Source: an uncultured Eubacteriales bacterium (GTDB lineage: Bacteria > Acidobacteriota > Aminicenantia > Aminicenantales > Aminicenantaceae). Taken from it: 64,000 nt of DNA. The position numbers and the translations under genes are program-made. Of the stretch, positions 62,182 through 64,000 are shown one piece after another. Location: NCBI GenBank assembly GCA_964584935.1, contig CAZPBN010000004.1:6507-70506 (forward strand). Direction: 5' to 3'. The first letter of the stretch is position 1, and the number at the start of each line of letters is the position of its first letter. The notes under the pieces were generated by a model that saw only the letters and a list, made by a program, of their open reading frames with translations, had not been told where the DNA came from and did no database searches.

Positions 62182-63270
62182 ATGGAAAAAGGAAATATTG
62201 TTGTTTCAGCACCGGGAAGGCTATGTCTTCTGGGAGAACACCAGGATTACTTCGGCCTATCCATCATTGCTGCGGCTGTCAATTTAAGAATCCGTGTATC
62301 CGGTAAAAAAAGACAAGATCAGATAATGAGAATCGACCTGCCTGATATCAACCAAAAGGAAGAATTCCCTCTGAATAAGGAACTCCCCTATGAAAAAAAA
62401 AGGGATTACTTGAAAAGCTCTGTCAATATATTAAGAAGGAAAGGAGTCATTTTTTCATCAGGATTCAACTGTCAAATCAGCGGCAACATTCCTATCAATT
62501 CCGGCTCTGCCAGCTCCTCGGCACTGGTGGTGGCATGGATCAAGTTTTTACTTGAAGCCACCAAAGACAACCGAGCCCAATCCGATGAGAAAATTGCTGA
62601 ACTGGCTTATTCAGCCGAAGTGGCTGAATTCAAAGAACCAGGCGGGAAAATGGACCATTACATTTCTTCTCTGGGTAATATCGTATATATTGATTTCAGA
62701 AAAGATATCGCTTTAAAAAAATTTAAAAATCCTTTGAAAGAATTTGTCCTGGCAGATTCTCTTCAAAGAAAAGACACCACCGGCATGCTTCACTATATAA
62801 AAACCAATGTTTATAGAGGTTTAGCTATTCTTCAAAAAAAATTCCCTCATTTTCATTTAAGAAGTCATGCAGGGAAAAACATAATGGCTGAGATTGAAAA
62901 ACTCCCTTCAGTGCCACAAAGACTTTTAAAAGGAACCTTGCTCACCAGAGATATAACCAAGGAAGGATTGGACCTTTTCAACTCAAAAGGTTTTGACCAT
63001 GATCATTTTGGTAAACTTTTGCTCAAACAGTATGAAGTGCAGAGAGACCATCTCCAAATTTCAACAGATAAACTCAACAAAATGATTGACCAATCTTTGG
63101 AAGCCGGTGCTCTGGGAGCCAAAATAAACGGCTCCGGAGCAGGAGGATGCATGTTTGCCTATGCCCCGAACAAGGCAGAAAAAGTCAAAAAAACCCTGGA
63201 ACGGCTGGGAACCAAAGCCACCATCATTCAGGTGGATGATGGAGCTTGCACTATAAGTCATCAGCATTGA
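62182..63270 (+). CDS. GHMP-family sugar/acid kinase (galactokinase / mevalonate kinase-like)
   Basis: N-terminal SAPGRLCLLGEHQDYFG motif and a GHMP ATP-binding loop (PINSGSASSSALVVAW). 362 aa. Confidence 0.75.
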   Translation: MEKGNIVVSAPGRLCLLGEHQDYFGLSIIAAAVNLRIRVSGKKRQDQIMRIDLPDINQKEEFPLNKELPYEKKRDYLKSSVNILRRKGVIFSSGFNCQISGNIPINSGSASSSALVVAWIKFLLEATKDNRAQSDEKIAELAYSAEVAEFKEPGGKMDHYISSLGNIVYIDFRKDIALKKFKNPLKEFVLADSLQRKDTTGMLHYIKTNVYRGLAILQKKFPHFHLRSHAGKNIMAEIEKLPSVPQRLLKGTLLTRDITKEGLDLFNSKGFDHDHFGKLLLKQYEVQRDHLQISTDKLNKMIDQSLEAGALGAKINGSGAGGCMFAYAPNKAEKVKKTLERLGTKATIIQVDDGACTISHQH

Positions 63271-63329
63271 CAATCTGAAAATGCTAATCCGTTCATAATG
63301 TTAATCCCCAATGGAATCATTAATATCTA

Positions 63330-63358
63330 TTGACCTTACCAAGATCATATCCTACAAT
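63330..63358 (+). promoter_or_regulatory. putative promoter of efp (TTGACC-N17-TACAAT)
   Basis: TTGACC at 63330..63335, a 17-nt spacer, TACAAT at 63353..63358. About 95 nt upstream of the efp ATG, which has an AGGAGG RBS at 63445..63450. Confidence 0.3.
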
Positions 63359-63455
63359 CAACTGTAGCTGGAGTTTTAGATAATCATCATTAAATTTCCT
63401 TATATGACTTCAGCCAATTCACTAACACAATGACAGGACTATTCAGGAGGCGGTC

Positions 63456-64000
63456 ATGATCAATGCCACTCAAATCAGAAAAGGGATGATCATTAAAGTG
63501 GAAGGAGAAATATTTTATGTTCTGGAAGCCACCCATGTCACTCCCGGTAAAGGCCAGGCTCTCATGCAGACGAAGTTACGAAAGATATCCGACCAGTCCC
63601 TTCTCGATTATCGCTTCCGCTCAAAAAACAAAGTTGAAGAAGTGTACGTTGAGCAAAAAGAAATGGAATACTTGTATAAAGACGGGGATAATTATATTTT
63701 CATGGACTTGGAAAACTATGAACAAATCAGAATTTCCTCCGAAACTTTAGGGGATTCTAAAAAATATCTTCTTCCCAATTCTATGTTCATTATTGAAAAA
63801 TTTGAGGGAAAACCGGTCAATGTCTCCCCTCCCCTTACCACTGAACTCAAAGTAACAAAAACCGAACCTTTTTTAAAAGGAGCCACTCAATCTGCCAGCA
63901 GCAAACCAGCGGTTTTAGAAACCGGTATCACCGTGAATGTTCCCCCCTTTATAAAAGAAGGCGATATCATAAAAATAGATACCAGAGAAGATAAATATCT
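63456..64000 (+). CDS. efp: elongation factor P (3' end beyond the window)
   Basis: Missing from the ORF track because it is truncated. Reads MINATQIRKGMIIKVEGEIFYVLEATHVTPGKGQALMQTKLRKISDQS...YLYKDGDNYIFMDLENYEQI..., collinear with EF-P including the modified-Lys loop PGKGQA. Strong AGGAGG RBS. Confidence 0.9.
   Translation, partial: MINATQIRKGMIIKVEGEIFYVLEATHVTPGKGQALMQTKLRKISDQSLLDYRFRSKNKVEEVYVEQKEMEYLYKDGDNYIFMDLENYEQIRISSETLGDSKKYLLPNSMFIIEKFEGKPVNVSPPLTTELKVTKTEPFLKGATQSASSKPAVLETGITVNVPPFIKEGDIIKIDTREDKY

Overview
This is a 64 kb low-GC (roughly 36-38% by eye) bacterial chromosomal segment with dense coding: about 50 genes, mostly on the minus strand. I found no rRNA, tRNA, CRISPR array, transposase or integrase. 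The gene content points to a diderm (Gram-negative-type) anaerobe, probably an amino-acid fermenter. The envelope genes are BamA, Skp, FabZ, an LpxI-like protein, LolD plus one LolC/E permease, and two extra FtsX-type permeases. The energy and redox genes are an HAL-family ammonia-lyase, a mammalian-type SDR L-threonine dehydrogenase, alanine dehydrogenase, a 4-hydroxybutyrate-type CoA-transferase, NfnAB and a NuoEFG-like module. The lineage guess (uncultivated, for example Cloacimonadota-like) is speculation only. The observations I rate highest (interest 0.7) are these two. (1) At 432..3518, a 1028-aa protein fuses an HExxH metallopeptidase-like domain and PD40 beta-propeller repeats to a C-terminal Omp85/BamA-type barrel. 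(2) At 49893..57187, a tightly packed nuoE-nuoF-nuoG-like-nfnA-nfnB operon has 4-nt ATGA overlaps between three genes; the NuoG-like subunit lacks both Mo/W-ligand and H-cluster motifs. This could be an undescribed five-subunit flavin-based electron-bifurcating complex. Lower-rated observations: (3) a lexA / Y-family polymerase / dnaE2 SOS-mutagenesis operon in which dnaE2 is broken at an A7 tract, with candidate promoter and operator repeats at lexA; (4) an envelope peptide-processing cluster of a SPOR-SpoIID protein, a 1381-aa secreted protein with a C-terminal M14-like fold, a secreted C69 dipeptidase and a LolA-like protein; (5) an HAL-family lyase carrying Ala-Cys-Gly instead of the canonical Ala-Ser-Gly MIO precursor; (6) two gene remnants, an SDR N-terminus and a Lon-like C-terminus.
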